Assembly: GCA_964106915.2 (NCBI GenBank)
Contig: OZ066929.1
DNA from: Podarcis gaigeae
Taxonomy: Eukaryota
Reading direction: 5' to 3' (one strand)
DNA length: 64,000 bases
In this document: positions 25,230 through 37,950 of the stretch, piece by piece
Layout: every line of letters starts with the position of its first letter
How positions within the stretch are numbered: position 1 is the stretch's first letter
Program-made: the position numbers and the translations under genes
The notes under the pieces: generated by a model
The model's input: the letters and a program-made list of their open reading frames with translations, nothing else
What the model was told of the DNA's origin: nothing
The model's database searches: none

Positions 25230-25795
25230 CAGTAGTGGCTGGTGGTCACTGGGAGTGGTAGGGCTGGAGTCAGGGAGCCAAACAGTAGGGGGAGCCAGAG
25301 TCAATGACCAGACATCTCTGCTGAGATTTACAAGGCCAAAACTGTCTTGGTTTCTCTGTAAACTAAGACTTGCAAGGAACTGCTTGGTGAGTTAGGTATG
25401 TTTACCCTGGAATAGAGGAGGTGGAGAGGGGACATGGTAGCCATCTTCAGCTATCTAAAGGGCTGTCAGTGGGAAGATGGAGCAAGTTTTTTCCCCTCGT
25501 GCTCCAGATGGTAGGACCTGGACCAATGGCTTCAAGTTGCAAGGAGGAGATTCTGACTAAACATTAGGAAGAACTTTCAGACAGAGCTGTTTGACAGTGT
25601 AACAGCTGCTGGTGGAGGTTTTTAAACCTCCAGTTGAGATTTTTTAAGCAGAGGTTGGTTGGATAGCCATCTGTCATGGCTACTTTAGTTGTGATTCTCT
25701 GTTGGATGGGGTTGGACTAGATGGCCATTGAGCGTCCATTGTAACTCTACAATTCTATGAACACTGAGACTATTGAGGAGGATCCTGACACCCTA
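25230..25795 (+). mobile_element. hAT-type MITE (CAGTGG..GCTGGTG family) interrupted by a CR1
   Basis: Left part matches 41973 and 55572; resumes after the CR1 with ACACTGAGACTA..GAGGAGGA. Confidence 0.5.
25389..25760 (+). mobile_element. CR1 LINE 3' end
   Basis: Encodes RGDMVAIFSYLKGC (CR1 ORF2 end); terminates in ATTCTATGA. Confidence 0.88.
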
Positions 25796-25844
25796 CAGCT
25801 GTACCTAGAGCTTTACCCATGAGCTATGGCACTTCCATTAGACA

Positions 25845-26030
25845 AAGGAGCTGCCTTATACTGAGTCAGACCATTGAGTCCCTCCAGCTCAATACTATCT
25901 ATACTGACAGAAGCTTCTCAGTGTTCAGAAAAGGCTATCTCTGGGCCCGACCTGGAGATGCTGGGGATTGAACCTGTGATTTTATACATGGAAGGCAAAT
26001 ACTCTACTACTGAGCTACTGCTCTATCCCT
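25845..26030 (-). mobile_element. tRNA-derived SINE with CR1-like tail
   Basis: Homologous to 11995 and 52497; A and B boxes on the minus strand. Confidence 0.8.
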
Positions 26031-27153
26031 AAGGAGAAAGACCCTGCTGCAGGCCTGCACTTAGAGTCCTACCTGGGAGCTGTATATAGCCCTGTTATGT
26101 TACCAGCACCTGTGTGCATCCTGAATGAGTAATCAAGATTCAGCAGGCAACATACCAGCCTTGCCTAGGTAATAAGCGTTGTTGAATGTGCCCGAGTTGC
26201 ATTTATTCTGTAAGGACAATCAGATCCATTGTGGAACTGATCATTAAACCCCCTAAGTTTGGAGGAAGGGCGTAAAACATTTTATTTAGTGTACTAAACA
26301 TCCTTCTTCTGAAGCCAGTGGAGGGTGGGGCATTGCAGAGTGAGTGAACATCATTCAGCAATACAGCAACGAGAGAGGCAGGGAGGGAACTTAGGCAGAG
26401 GGAACAGTGATGTGAGACTCTGGGTGTTACAATTCCTCAAGAATGTGCCAATGTTTAGTATAGACCATCTCCTGCCCCCACTCCCACCCCTTAGAGTGGC
26501 AGCTGAAAATCCTGCTGCCAAAACGTTTGCAGCAAACTATTCAAGGTTTTCAGACCTTGCTGTCAAAATTGCCGGGAAGTCTTGCCCAGGAAAAGAAACA
26601 GAGAAAGAGAGAGAACACCACTTGTGATTTGACAGTCTCCGGGTACATTTTGGGCTACTTCACTGAATGTGTCAAGCAGGCAATCCATGCACAATCCATA
26701 AATGTCTTATTTAGTGCAACCAGAGGTGGGGTAGAGCGGGGGGAGAATGAGCCAGGGGAACAGAGGCTGGAGAAGAAGGCACTGCAAAAAAGAAAAAAAG
26801 ATGTAAATAATTGAAAGGTTTCAGCAGTCACCTCTTGCTTCGGGCATCCTCCAGGGATCTCCCCTGGCCTGCTGCTGGTGCCTTGCTGTGAAACCTAAGC
26901 AACTGTTCAATACCTGGAGTGAGAGGCTGTGTAAGGCAGATTCAGGAAGAGGGTCAGATCGAAAAGCTGGAGAGGCAGTGCAGCGCTCTTGCTGTGCTTC
27001 CACAAATATATCAGCTTTGAAGACAGGAACCAGTACCTGCCTTGTTCCCTCCCTTATTTTAGTAGGTTCAAAGAGGACCTGATATTCTTTGGGGAAACCA
27101 TGAGCGTTAAAATGGAATAGGTGTGTAAATATTTCCTGATTCCTCACCCTGCT

Positions 27154-27452
27154 CAGACCCTCTAATTGTCCCTATTTTCCAGGGATAGTCCTGGATATAC
27201 AGAAGGTTTATGATTTGTTCCAGAATGTCTCGCTTTTCTTTAGGATGCCACTCTTTCCATCAGAGAAATGTTGGAGGGTATGGAACCACCCAATCCCTGA
27301 GCCAAGGAGATAAGTAACTATACAACCGTTGAAAGACACCTGAAGACAGCCCTGTATAGGGAAGTTGTTTAATGATTAATATTTTATTATGTTTTAATAT
27401 ATGTTGGAAGATGGTCAGAGTGGCTGGGAAGCCAGTCAGATGGGTGGGGTAT

Positions 27453-27494
<42 letters not shown>

Positions 27495-27540
27495 AGAATA
27501 GGATGTCCCAATTTCCATCTGAGAAATGTTGGAGGGTATG
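27154..27540 (+). mobile_element. Composite MITE with duplicated right end enclosing an L2-type 3' tail and (AAC)n
   Basis: Left end CAGACCCTCTAA; GAGAAATGTTGGAGGGTATG occurs twice (ending about 27282 and at 27540). Confidence 0.65.
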
Positions 27541-28241
27541 GTAGCTGTGGGCTTTTTTATATATCTGAAGCCTATATTTCTGTCTAGCTAATGAATGTAT
27601 AGCAGTGTTGGAATTTAAATGTCCACACCTTCCTTCTCCAAAGGCAACACTTTTACTTCTTTCATCATGCCACTATGAATAGAACACCTAGGGAGGAAGT
27701 TAAACAGATGCATGGAAAATGGCATACCTAGTTGCAACTGAACATATAGTGCCCATCTCCCCATAAGCATGCTTTGCCCATTGGCCTGATAGCGTTGGAG
27801 AGCTGTCAATGTGCCTGTATCCCTAGGTGTACCTCTTTCTCTGGATGAGGGATCATCACAGTCGGCCACACAGTGTGGGTGGGATAAGACGACGGAGCCA
27901 CAAGGACTTATCTGAACAGTCATCAGTAGTGCAGTTGTGTGAGATCCCTTTCTCTCTTGAAATAAAGTGCATTTGAATTACATGGAGCTATTTATAAAGC
28001 CAGATAAATTTCCAAGTTGTCTTTTGCAATGATGAAGCATATGGAAAAGGAGGGGGAAGACAGAGTGAAGAAGTAAAAGAAGAAGAATACACACTGTACT
28101 GTACTTTTTAAAACCTTTAAAAGGGTTGCCTTTTTTTTTGTTACAAGCCATTTTAATTCTTTGTGCAAAGTTTCTTTGGGGAGAAGACTCTTCAGCTGCT
28201 TGCCTCTATTTTCAGTGATGGTTGCTTTGGGAAACTGTATA

Positions 28242-28710
28242 CAGGTTCCTCCCTACTTACGTGGGGGTTACATTCCAGACCCCTGTGCACATACGGTAAG
28301 TGGAATCGCATAAAGTGGGGAACACCCTCTAAACACCCTTTAAATGCCCTCTCTGCCTCTCTCTCTTCAATCCATACCAAAAATTCTGTATTCCAAAATA
28401 TATACAACTAGAATTGAAGCTCTGGAGCCAACAGGAGGGTGGAGGACATGCAGGGATAGTGGCTGCTGCTGCTGTGCTACCCCACACATCCACTGTTCAG
28501 TGGGGAGACTGAGTTATGTAAACAAAGTACAGCACCTCCAGTCTCTTTGGGGTTTCCTCTGTCCTCATTGATGTCCTATTTGGGCTCTGAATAGGGTCTG
28601 CTCATGAGTCACAAGGTCTCTCCAGCTCTCTCCTGCCATTTCTGGGTATGAATTGAATTATTGAATTATTTTGTGGTGACACGCATATACGCAGTTTATA
28701 CTTCGCAGGG
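28242..28710 (+). mobile_element. Tigger-like non-autonomous DNA transposon
   Basis: Starts TA+CAGG; colinear inverted homologue at 33966-34407. Confidence 0.7.
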
Positions 28711-29132
28711 AAATTTCCGGAGTTCTGTTGTTGTTTTTTCAAGTCTCCCTGTAGTGCTCTAACACCCTACATGACACCTGCACCTGCTCTGTGTGTGTGT
28801 ATGCGCGTGAGTGCGCATGTGTGCATAAAACTCACCAATCAGCAAAGGAGAGGCGAGAGAATTTCTATCCTTGCTGTTTCAAATAAGTCCCCCGTACACT
28901 GATAAGGTTAATTGATTTCCTTTTCCTTCATTAAGAAAATCCAATTTTCACCTAATGAGAGAGAGCTTTGGTGTGACATGTTTAAATGGCAAAGTGACAA
29001 GTGCTGGGACTAGATAAAAAGGGAAAAGAAAATGTGGTGGTGGAAGGGGAGCTAGGGAAAGGCAATCCAAAATCTGCCTGACCCCCCCTTTCTGTGCTGT
29101 GTTAAGGACACAGTTCCTTTGGACAGTATAGA

Positions 29133-29255
29133 GCAGGGATGGGGAACCTATAGCACTCCAGATGTTGTTGGACTCCAATTCCCATCAGCTCCATGGTCAA
29201 TGGTCAGGGATGGTGAGGATTGTATCCAGCAACTTTTGGAAGCCTATACATTCCA
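29133..29255. mobile_element. hAT-type MITE (14786 family)
   Basis: CAGGGATGGGGAACC..CTCCAGATGTTGTTGGACTCCAA. Confidence 0.7.
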
Positions 29256-30463
29256 CCTCCGCTGTGGAGCAATATGGTATGAGGAGCTGGCAATGGGAGC
29301 AAATATATCAAACCACTTTTGGTCTTCTTTGAACATTCAGAAAAGCCAATGCAGAGGGCAGAACAGTGACCTCTAGAACAACCAGGGTCCAGAGAGCCAT
29401 ATGTAGCCTCGTAGTGAACTTGGGTGAGTCCATGTCTGACAGTGAATGGGTGTGGATTTTGAGTCAGCTATGCATTTCACCCAAATATATGCATATGCAG
29501 TGTTATGGTGATCATTTCCCCTTCCCTTAAAACTGCAATCTTGAGCTGAGAAACTACAGAGAACGGGTGCCTAACATGTTTCCACCTGTTCTTCCCCCAC
29601 TGTAAATTGCTTCCTGCCTCATGCCACTTTCCCTTCTCTAAAGGGTACCAGACACATGTATGAGAGGGTGTCTAAATTTGGTGTCTTGTGGTGGGGGAAG
29701 TAGCCTGTGGGGAAAGAAATTTAGAGTGGAAGCTGTGTGGGGAGGGAATAGGCTATACCCTGACCCATTGCTCCTCTGCAACTCCCCAAATCTGCTTCTA
29801 TTTTTACAATAAGAAAACTGAAAATAGGTAACTGCAATGCAGAAGTTGTGTGTATATATCTATATACAATTAGAGACTTACATATATATTGATCCAGTAA
29901 ATAAGAGATATAACAAAACTGTTAAAATAGTTGACAAATGCTGGGCTATGCCCCGTGCTAGCTCCCATTGAAATTGATTAGGTGATCATGCCCATTCATG
30001 TAAATTGCCTTACTCTGAGTAGGACTGTCATTGGCTAAAACTTTATTTAACCTTGAAAAGAAGACAGCATCTGTTAATGAAAATAGAGAATGAGAGAATG
30101 TGATTTGATAATGTCTTGAACCTGCACATTCCAAAAACTATATAGGAAGACCATTTAAAAAAAATGTTTCAGAGGTTTGCAATGTGCACTTTTAATTAAT
30201 AGAGCAGCTTCCTAAATTCTGTTATACCATTAAGATATATTCAAGGTATCTGACCCCCCGCCACTGCTAGCAACACTATGCCCACCAGGGCATTGTAGGA
30301 TATTGTTTGCTCCTTCAAGAACTGTAAGCCAGTAATTCTGCAGGGACTGGGAGATGATGACTACAGATGAGCCTTATACCAGCAAAAGACACACTCTGAA
30401 AGTCTCCAGCTTAGATAAAACATATGTTGCTTTGGGCCTTATTTGTGTGTCTTTTGCTGAGAA

Positions 30464-30465
<2 letters not shown>

Positions 30466-30528
<63 letters not shown>
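30466..30528. repeat. (CT)n(GT)n microsatellite
   Basis: Seen directly. Confidence 0.98.
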
Positions 30529-31424
30529 AGGAATACATGACCCTGTAAGTAAGTGAGCGAGTCACTTCTCATCGGCATGATCAATCTCTCCACAGTCGAA
30601 GGCTCTGAATGAGCTGGATGTGTTTTTCTCTGCTACTGAAGTCAATCACATTCAATTTTGCAGCATGCAGAATAGGCAGCTTCTATCAAGCTGTTGTGTA
30701 GCATGAAAATGACTTGCCAGAGTCAAATGAATATGACATTTAGGGGGAAGCATTGTGCTGGCTTTTGTTAGTTGCCTCTTTCTGCCAAAATACTCGCCCT
30801 TTGCTTGCCATAGCTCTGCCATTGATCTTGAACACCAGTGGGCAGTTATGCTGTTCTTATTGTACTTGCTGCTCCTTTCCCCCATCATTGCTGCCACCCA
30901 CTTGCTTGGCAGATGGAGCCAATGAGGAAATAGGCACTGGCTGCTACTCTTCATCCATCTCATCACTGCAGTTCTTTGCTTGCTCCTCGCTTCTGGGGCA
31001 AAGCAGGAAGCAGGTGAGGAAGCAGGTTGCACATTGAAGAGGAGGAGTAGGTTCAGGGAGCCCTTATGGGGTGTTGGCAGTGCCAGATTACCAAATAGGC
31101 AGAGTAGCCACACCTTTTAGGGGACCCATGACTTGATCCTGAAAGAAAATTACAATCAAGCTTTCTGACTTCAATGTTTTCCCACTAGGGCACATGCCTC
31201 CAGATGCGAAGCTTTCTCTTTTTTAGTGTGTTGTGAGTTTCTGTCGACTCCAGGTCATAGTAGTAAATTTGCAAGCATTAGGAAATAATTTGTGAGGTGG
31301 GGGGAGGGAGAGATTTGACTGCCTAGGGGGTTTAATCTGGTATTGGGTGTTGACCTTTAGCCAGAGTCCATTCATACTGGACCTTGACACCATCTACAAT
31401 GTGGGGATCACAGAAGTTGGGCTC

Positions 31425-31517
31425 CTTCACAGAGCTGCTGTAAGGATTACTGGGATAATGTATGTAAAGCACTTTGGACTCTCAAAATACACTATATAAA
31501 TGCTAAGTATTATTATA
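31425..31517 (+). mobile_element. MIR-like SINE 3' tail
   Basis: GATAATGTATGTAAAGCACTTTG..ATATAAATGCTAAGTATTATTAT. Confidence 0.6.
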
Positions 31518-31719
31518 GACTTTCTTCTGGCTGTAACGGGCAAGTAAAGTGAGAGCTGGTATACATAATTTTATGAAGGAATACATTTTAGCTTTTCGTT
31601 TTGCACAGGAGAGAGGGCCTCCTCTCTTCCAGCATTCTCATTCAAACAGTGGTTACCCAGATGCCTCTGAGAAGCCCACAGAAATAGTTCCCCCTCATTG
31701 TATAGCCCCATTATCTAGC

Positions 31720-32106
31720 AGAGATGGGTGAAAGCTGTCAATTTTAGTTTCCCTTATATTTTTCAGTCCTAAATTCAGTTCACCCAACTTGTGCATCAGT
31801 TTGCAAACTTTTTTTAAAAAAAAATCCTCATAAAAATTGGCACACATTTTTATGTGTATTTCTCATTCTATAGTACAAATTATTCAAACAACTTCCCCTA
31901 ATACATTTTCTATGTTATTTTCACCAATATATGCATGTTTATATGCATGTTTCCACTAATAAATGCATTTTAAAAGACATTTTTAGATGAAGAAATGCAT
32001 CAGAAAATTCTGATAGCTGCATTTCAGTTTGCATACTGTGAGAGAAAGTGCAAATTAGGTAGACTCAGATTAAAATGCAAGCTGAGCAGATTTCTTCCTA
32101 ACCCTA
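31720..32106. mobile_element. AT-rich DNA transposon family copy (near full length)
   Basis: Ends AGAGATGGG...AACCCTA; homologous to 5687 and 49395. Confidence 0.65.
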
Positions 32107-32124
32107 ATGTTTAGAGTTTCAAAA

Positions 32125-32258
32125 AGCCATCTAGGAGCTCCATACACACTACCCAGGCTTGCACCCCACAGAGGCCACTTAGGTGCTGCTATTGCAGTGG
32201 TTTTACTTCATTCCTGGAGGTGCACTCCATTGTCACTCAAGACAAATGGATGTCAACT
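32125..32258 (+). mobile_element. Homologue of 3545-3706 (RTE-like 3' end, tentative)
   Basis: Reverse-complement similarity to 3545-3706. Confidence 0.5.
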
Positions 32259-33965
32259 AGTGCAGGGGTAGCTAGCACAGTGCCCTTCATATGCCCTCTA
32301 GATGTTGATGGGCTCCAAACTCACATCAGCTCTAGCCACCATGACCAAGGATCATGCTACTTGGATAAAGGATGGTGGGAGCTGTTGTCCATCAACATAC
32401 GGAGGAAACTGCATTGAACACTCTTGATCCAATGGCTTATCAGTGAATGGCCAATGCACCCTGTTGATTCTTGCATGGAATCCCCTGCTAAAAAGATGGT
32501 AAGAAACTCCCTTCATTCTAACAAGAGATTATGGGACAAACTACTTTCTGATTCAGGGAGACTGTGAATCAGAACTGCCTGTTAAAAGTGAAGGTTCCTG
32601 CCAGCCCATTGATTTAGGTGGGTTTTCATGGAAACCTTATATTAAACAGTGGTAAAACCCCTCCCCTTTAGCAATTGATTCTGATGCATACCCCTTCTGG
32701 ATTCCTGCCCAACCAAGTGGGATTTAGCTGCTGCTCAGTTTGGCTGTGCATAACTGTTCTCTGCTGGGAACAGACATGCACAGCCAACACAGGATTTAAT
32801 CCTGCCCTTGCTCCCATCAGATGGCACCATGATTGACATACGCTGATTTGTGGGTAGGTGTGGATCCTCTGATGGGCCAAGAATGGCCTTCAGGCTTCAG
32901 TTTCCCTGGCCTGACTGTTGAGCTAAGAGAAAATAGATCTGCTTCTTTATAGTGGAAGGAGGGTATGCACTGAGAGCTTCTGCAAAGCAAGCAAGCAAGC
33001 AAGCACCCCTTGTTTGAGACAACCTAATCTTGTGGAACTGGGAAAAGGCGATGGCTTGAAGTGCAACATGATGTAAGTTAAGATGCTTGTGTAAGAGGCT
33101 TCTCTCTCTTCTTTCTTCTCTCTGGACCCCTGAGGCATTGCTGACCTGCTTGCTTTGAACACTGATATTTGCCACAGAAAAATCCTAGCCAAAAGCATCT
33201 CTCCCCATTGATCTCTCAGCCTTGCAGTACGACTGGGGAACTAGTTCTGTTGCTGCTCTTTAATGCTGCACAGAAAAACAAGCCATGACAGCTGACGCCT
33301 AAGCTGAGCCTGCCTTTCCCCACATCCCTGCTTCTTGGATTGTCTCCTGGCCTGTCTTGCAGCTTTGAGGCAATGACTTGCTGCCTTATCTGACCCAGAA
33401 GGGAGGCCAGCTGTCAGCACACAAACATGGCCTTTGTTTGTTCTTAAATGAAAGCTCAGTTAATTAAAACGAGAGATCGCCTTTCTTTATCTGCAGCCGC
33501 TGGCCTGTGTGCGGCCATGTGTGCTGGGTCCTGCGGTAAGCTCCAGTGAGCAGGAGGCAGTTGCTTTGACTCAGACTGGATCATGAGGACCTTTCTGACT
33601 TTCAACCTGTAGGAACTACATTATTCCATGTGTTTTCTTCCAGAGAACCCCAGGGCACATTCCAAGGGATACTTGTGTATTGTACAGTATCTTGGGACAT
33701 GCTGCATTACACAGTTCACTGGCCAAGCCTGTTGGGCTTCTTAGTCACTCCCTGTGAACTGAGAATGTGCCCAAAGAAATGATACCCAAAGACATAGCCT
33801 GCAAAGGAACACAGGAAGCTGCCTCCTGCTAGCTCAGACCATTTGTCCATCTGTCCAGGTATTGTCCATGCTGACCTCTTGGTGGCTCTGCAGGGTCTCT
33901 CACCAATCACCCACTACCTGGTCCTTTGAACTGTAGACTTTGAGTGGGTGGGTCGATCTGAACTA

Positions 33966-34407
33966 CAGGCATTTCCCCCATTTATGTGTGTTCTACTTGT
34001 GAATGACCATGTATATGTGGGGCACCAGGAAATAAATAGAATCATACCAGGAAAGTTGGAGCGTTCTTGTGGTTTGTGGGAAGACCTTTCCCAGAGTCCG
34101 AAGAGGAGGGTGGAGGAAGCTCCAAAGAGACTAGAGGCACAGTAAGGCTTTGTTTAGGCTGAGCAGCTTCTCCACCTAGCAGCTGACATGTGTGGTAGCG
34201 CAGCAGCAGCCATCACTTTTCTGTGCATCCTCCAGTCAGCCCCAGAGCTTCAACTCTGGTTGAAGAGAGTTGAGTTGAGAGAGAGCTGGAAAGCAGGGGG
34301 AAATAGGCATTTAGAGGCTTTGTAGAGATTGGTCCCTAATTTACATGATTTCACTTATGTGTGTAGGGCCCCAGAGTGTAACCCCTGAATAAATGGGGGG
34401 ACGTCTA
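33966..34407 (-). mobile_element. Tigger-like non-autonomous DNA transposon, both ends present
   Basis: TA-flanked; imperfect TIR CAGGCATTTCCCCCATTTAT / ATAAATGGGGGGACGTCTA; internal homology to 28242. Confidence 0.75.
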
Positions 34408-34479
34408 TATACTTATCCAGGGATTGTGCTCTTGCATATAATCTGCTACTGAGCTTTGGTTCTTCCCTTCCTTCCTCCC

Positions 34480-34518
<39 letters not shown>
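34480..34518. repeat. (CTTT)n microsatellite
   Basis: Seen directly. Confidence 0.97.
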
Positions 34519-37011
34519 GGACTGTCATTGCTGGTGACCAAAGTGGAATCTCAATAATGATATGCATGTGAAATACCACTGGGAAAATTAAGCTGGTTTA
34601 CAGAACAAGCATTGGGAGCTCTGAATGTATAAGGCTGCCTTGTACAAAGTTCAGGCCATTGGCTCATTTAGTGCCACTTCTGACTGGTGGAAGCTCTCTC
34701 TTAGGCAACTCTTAGGGCTCATCCACACTTTAGTTCAGCAGCACCTGGAGGGCCAAAGGTTTTCCACTTCCACCTTACTGAAATAAATTCCTCCTTAAGT
34801 GGTTGCTTCTATGGCACATTCATGTATCATCTCTGAAAAAGCAATGGAAACTTACTTCCTGCTTCAAGCAAATGGCTTTAACATATATGCAAATTTAATC
34901 AACTAAAACAGAAAATTAATCAACTAAGTAGCATTTAGGCTTGCACCGAAGAACCCAACTAGATGCTAAATGTTTTGGCAAGCACTCTCGGGAAAAGCTT
35001 ACTGGGCTGCAGTAACTGTTGGATCTATACTAATGAGAACACTTTTTATGTAATCGCCTCTCCATACGCTGTAGGAAGGAACATTACAGCCTCCCAGCAT
35101 CCAAATTTTTTAAAAGTTTAATGTGCCATCCTTGATGAAGGGAACCACTTTGTCACATTAGCATAGCTGGTGGTAGGCACAGCTAATAAACATGAACTTT
35201 TCACCTCCCCCCCTTCCTTGCTGGGGGCACAGGCCAGCTGGCATAGCTGCCGGTGCCCTGGGTGGTTGGCACAGAGACACTCTTTCAGACAGAGACAGCC
35301 TGTCACTGGTGATATGCCAATCTTGGTGTTTAAGTATCACCTCTGAGACAAATTAAGTGCTCGAAGACCTGTGAAATTGCAGCATTTGCAGACTGTCATC
35401 TAGACAGTTGCATTCAGTGGGAGAAAACAAACTCTTCCAGGTCACAAGCAGGCAGGCTTTTGTTGCTGTTAAGATAGCAGCTTAACTGCTGGTGTCCGAA
35501 CAACAAGCAAACTGTGTTTCTCACCAGCCACATAATTCAAATATTCTGTTGCAGCCCAAACTACACATTATGTGTAATTCTGTTATTGTTTTCCCCAAGG
35601 GCATTTGAAAAGCAAACAAACTCATGCAATCACAAAACTACACAAAATGTGTGGTTTAGCACAGTATTTTATTTATTTATTTTTTACCTTGGAGCAAATT
35701 TGGAACTCGGTTGAAACATCTGAGACCATGACAAAATGACTTGCTCCAGTTTCCAGCTATCACTGACTTCCAATCCGCCAAAATAAGTTTTAAACACTGT
35801 TTCCATCTCTTTTTTGAAAACTTGATGTGTTTAGGAGGTCCAAGGTTCTAATCCCAGTATCTCCAACCAATTAGCTTTCAGGGCTGAGAAAACACTGCTC
35901 CCCACACCAAAAATAATAATCTAGATTATTAAATTAGATGGGCAACAATAGGAACGGAATGGAAGAAAAAAAGAGAGAGAAAGTGAGAGAAAGTGAAATT
36001 GACAGGGGCCTCCATCCCTAAAGATGATTCTTATGTGCTGAGTTTTAATGCCGAGGTACTCTGAGGTGGCAAAGGAAAATGAAGGACAATTGCCATCGTA
36101 TCAAAGGCTTGCTTAGCATTGTAGGTTTGGGTTGTTTTTCGTTGGATAAATGAATCTTTAAGGTGTCCCCTTTGAGGCCCGTCTCCTGCCTGCACATATT
36201 CTGTCTTTGCAAGCAGAGTAGGGTGGGGGCAAGGGAGAGAATAAATGAAATGGATTAGAGACTCAGCTCCCATAATGAAGTAGCAATTTGTCTTGCGCTC
36301 TAGATCCAGATGCATTTGAGCTAACAAGCGGCCTGGCCTTGAGTACTGCAGAATGTTAAGTACCCCTCAGGTGGAGAGAATCCCCAGGTAGCTGAAAGAG
36401 GAGTGAGTGATGACAGAGGTGCAAGGGGGTGAGAGAGGGAGAGATAAAAGCCCAGTGAAATCAGCAGCCTCAGACTAGATGAACCCTGCTGTGAGATAGC
36501 TATCTTTTGCACCTGCAGAATCCACAAGGCAGGCTAAGTGCTAGGGTGGGATGGAATACAGATCAAACCCAGTTCTGGGTCATTCACAGCTCCCAGCTGT
36601 GCTTTGGGGTGTTTTGAGGGAGGGTGGTGTGGGGGGAGAGAGTAAAAGCTCAATGCTTGATTCTTCTTTTTTTTTTTTGAGCTGTGAAGGAAATGCAGAA
36701 GCTGTAGGAATTGTAACTTTTGTCTTTAATCTGACTTCAGCCAATACAACCAAAGTTTGTTAACCCTTGAAGAAGCCTCTTTACAGAAGATTAAAAATAA
36801 GCTGATTTCACTGAATGGGCCAGACAAGGAAACATGAAGGCATATGCATTGCTAGATAATATCAATTTAATAAATAATAAGAAGAGCCACCTATCGTTAA
36901 TAAAATTCTCTAGGCAGCTTACAAAGAAGAAGTAGACATCGTGTATTATTTCAAAATACAGCAATTAAAAACAACAGGAGTCAAGGGAAGGAGAAAAATC
37001 ATTCCTTTTAT

Positions 37012-37260
37012 GATTCCTCTGATGGAGCAAGTACACTGTCTGGGAGCATTCCTAGATCCACTGTTGTCACTTGAAGCCCAGGTGGCCTCTCCTGCAGGAA
37101 TGCTCATCAACACCTTTGGTTGATACAAGAGAGGTGTCTACTTGTAGGGCAGGGTAGATTCTCCATTGTGGTAACTACTGTAGCACACTCAGTGTGAGGC
37201 TGCCTTTGTGACTGGTTTGGAAGCTAGGATAGAATGCTGTAGAGCAGGAGGTTGCATTCA
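37012..37260 (+). pseudogene. L2 ORF2 internal remnant
   Basis: Translation IPLMEQVHCLGAFLDPLLSLEAQVAS resembles the L2 motif after the RT core. Confidence 0.7.
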
Positions 37261-37379
37261 ATGCTAGTCATACTTAGAGAGGCCCAACTTCTTGAAGCCC
37301 TGCAGTGTCTTCTCATTCTCCTTGGGTAATCATGTTGGGTCACCAGCTCATTACCAATGAAGCTGGCCTTTGGATTGCT

Positions 37380-37798
37380 ATTGTTATTATTTAATATTTA
37401 TATCTGGCCTTTCTCCCAAGCTGGGAATCAAGATGGCTTACAATGTTTATAAATGTATCAGAACACATTTAGAACCTGCAATTAAAATGTGGTTTGCCAT
37501 GACAGCAGCCCAGAGATCAATATTGTCTGCACCTTTGTTTTCAAAGGCCTGTCTGGACAGGAAGGTCTTAGCTTGCTGGAGAAAGGATAACAATGAGGGA
37601 ACCAGACTAATCTCTCTTGGAAGGTAATTCCACAGTATGGGAGCAGCCACAGAAAAAAAGTATCTCTATCATGCCACCATCAACCATATGCATGATGTTG
37701 ATTGGACCAACAGAAAGTGGCCACACAAAGATCTTAGCACCTGGATAGGTTCATGTAGCCAGATGCAATCCTTAAGGTATCCTGGGCCCAATGCATAT
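37380..37798 (-). mobile_element. L2 LINE 3' end
   Basis: Minus ORF AAPILWNYLPREISLVPSLLSFLQQAKTFLSRQAF is a typical L2 ORF2 C-terminus. Confidence 0.85.
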
Positions 37799-37799
37799 A

Positions 37800-37950
37800 A
37801 TTGGCAGCCTTTCCCAGACTTGGTTCCCCAGATGTTGTTGGATGACTGATGGACAGTTTCCTTCATTAATGGTCATTGGCCATGGTGGCTGGGGCTGGTG
37901 GGACTTGGAGTCCAGCAGCATCTGGGATTTGAGATTGAAAAAGTCTGGGC
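37800..37950. mobile_element. hAT-type MITE related to the 14786 family
   Basis: CCAGATGTTGTTGGA...GGAGTCCAGCAGCATCTGG inverted arms. Confidence 0.6.

Noticed and set aside
8779-30528. Recurrent compound CA/GA microsatellites
   Set aside because: Ordinary in vertebrate genomes, with no shared flanks.
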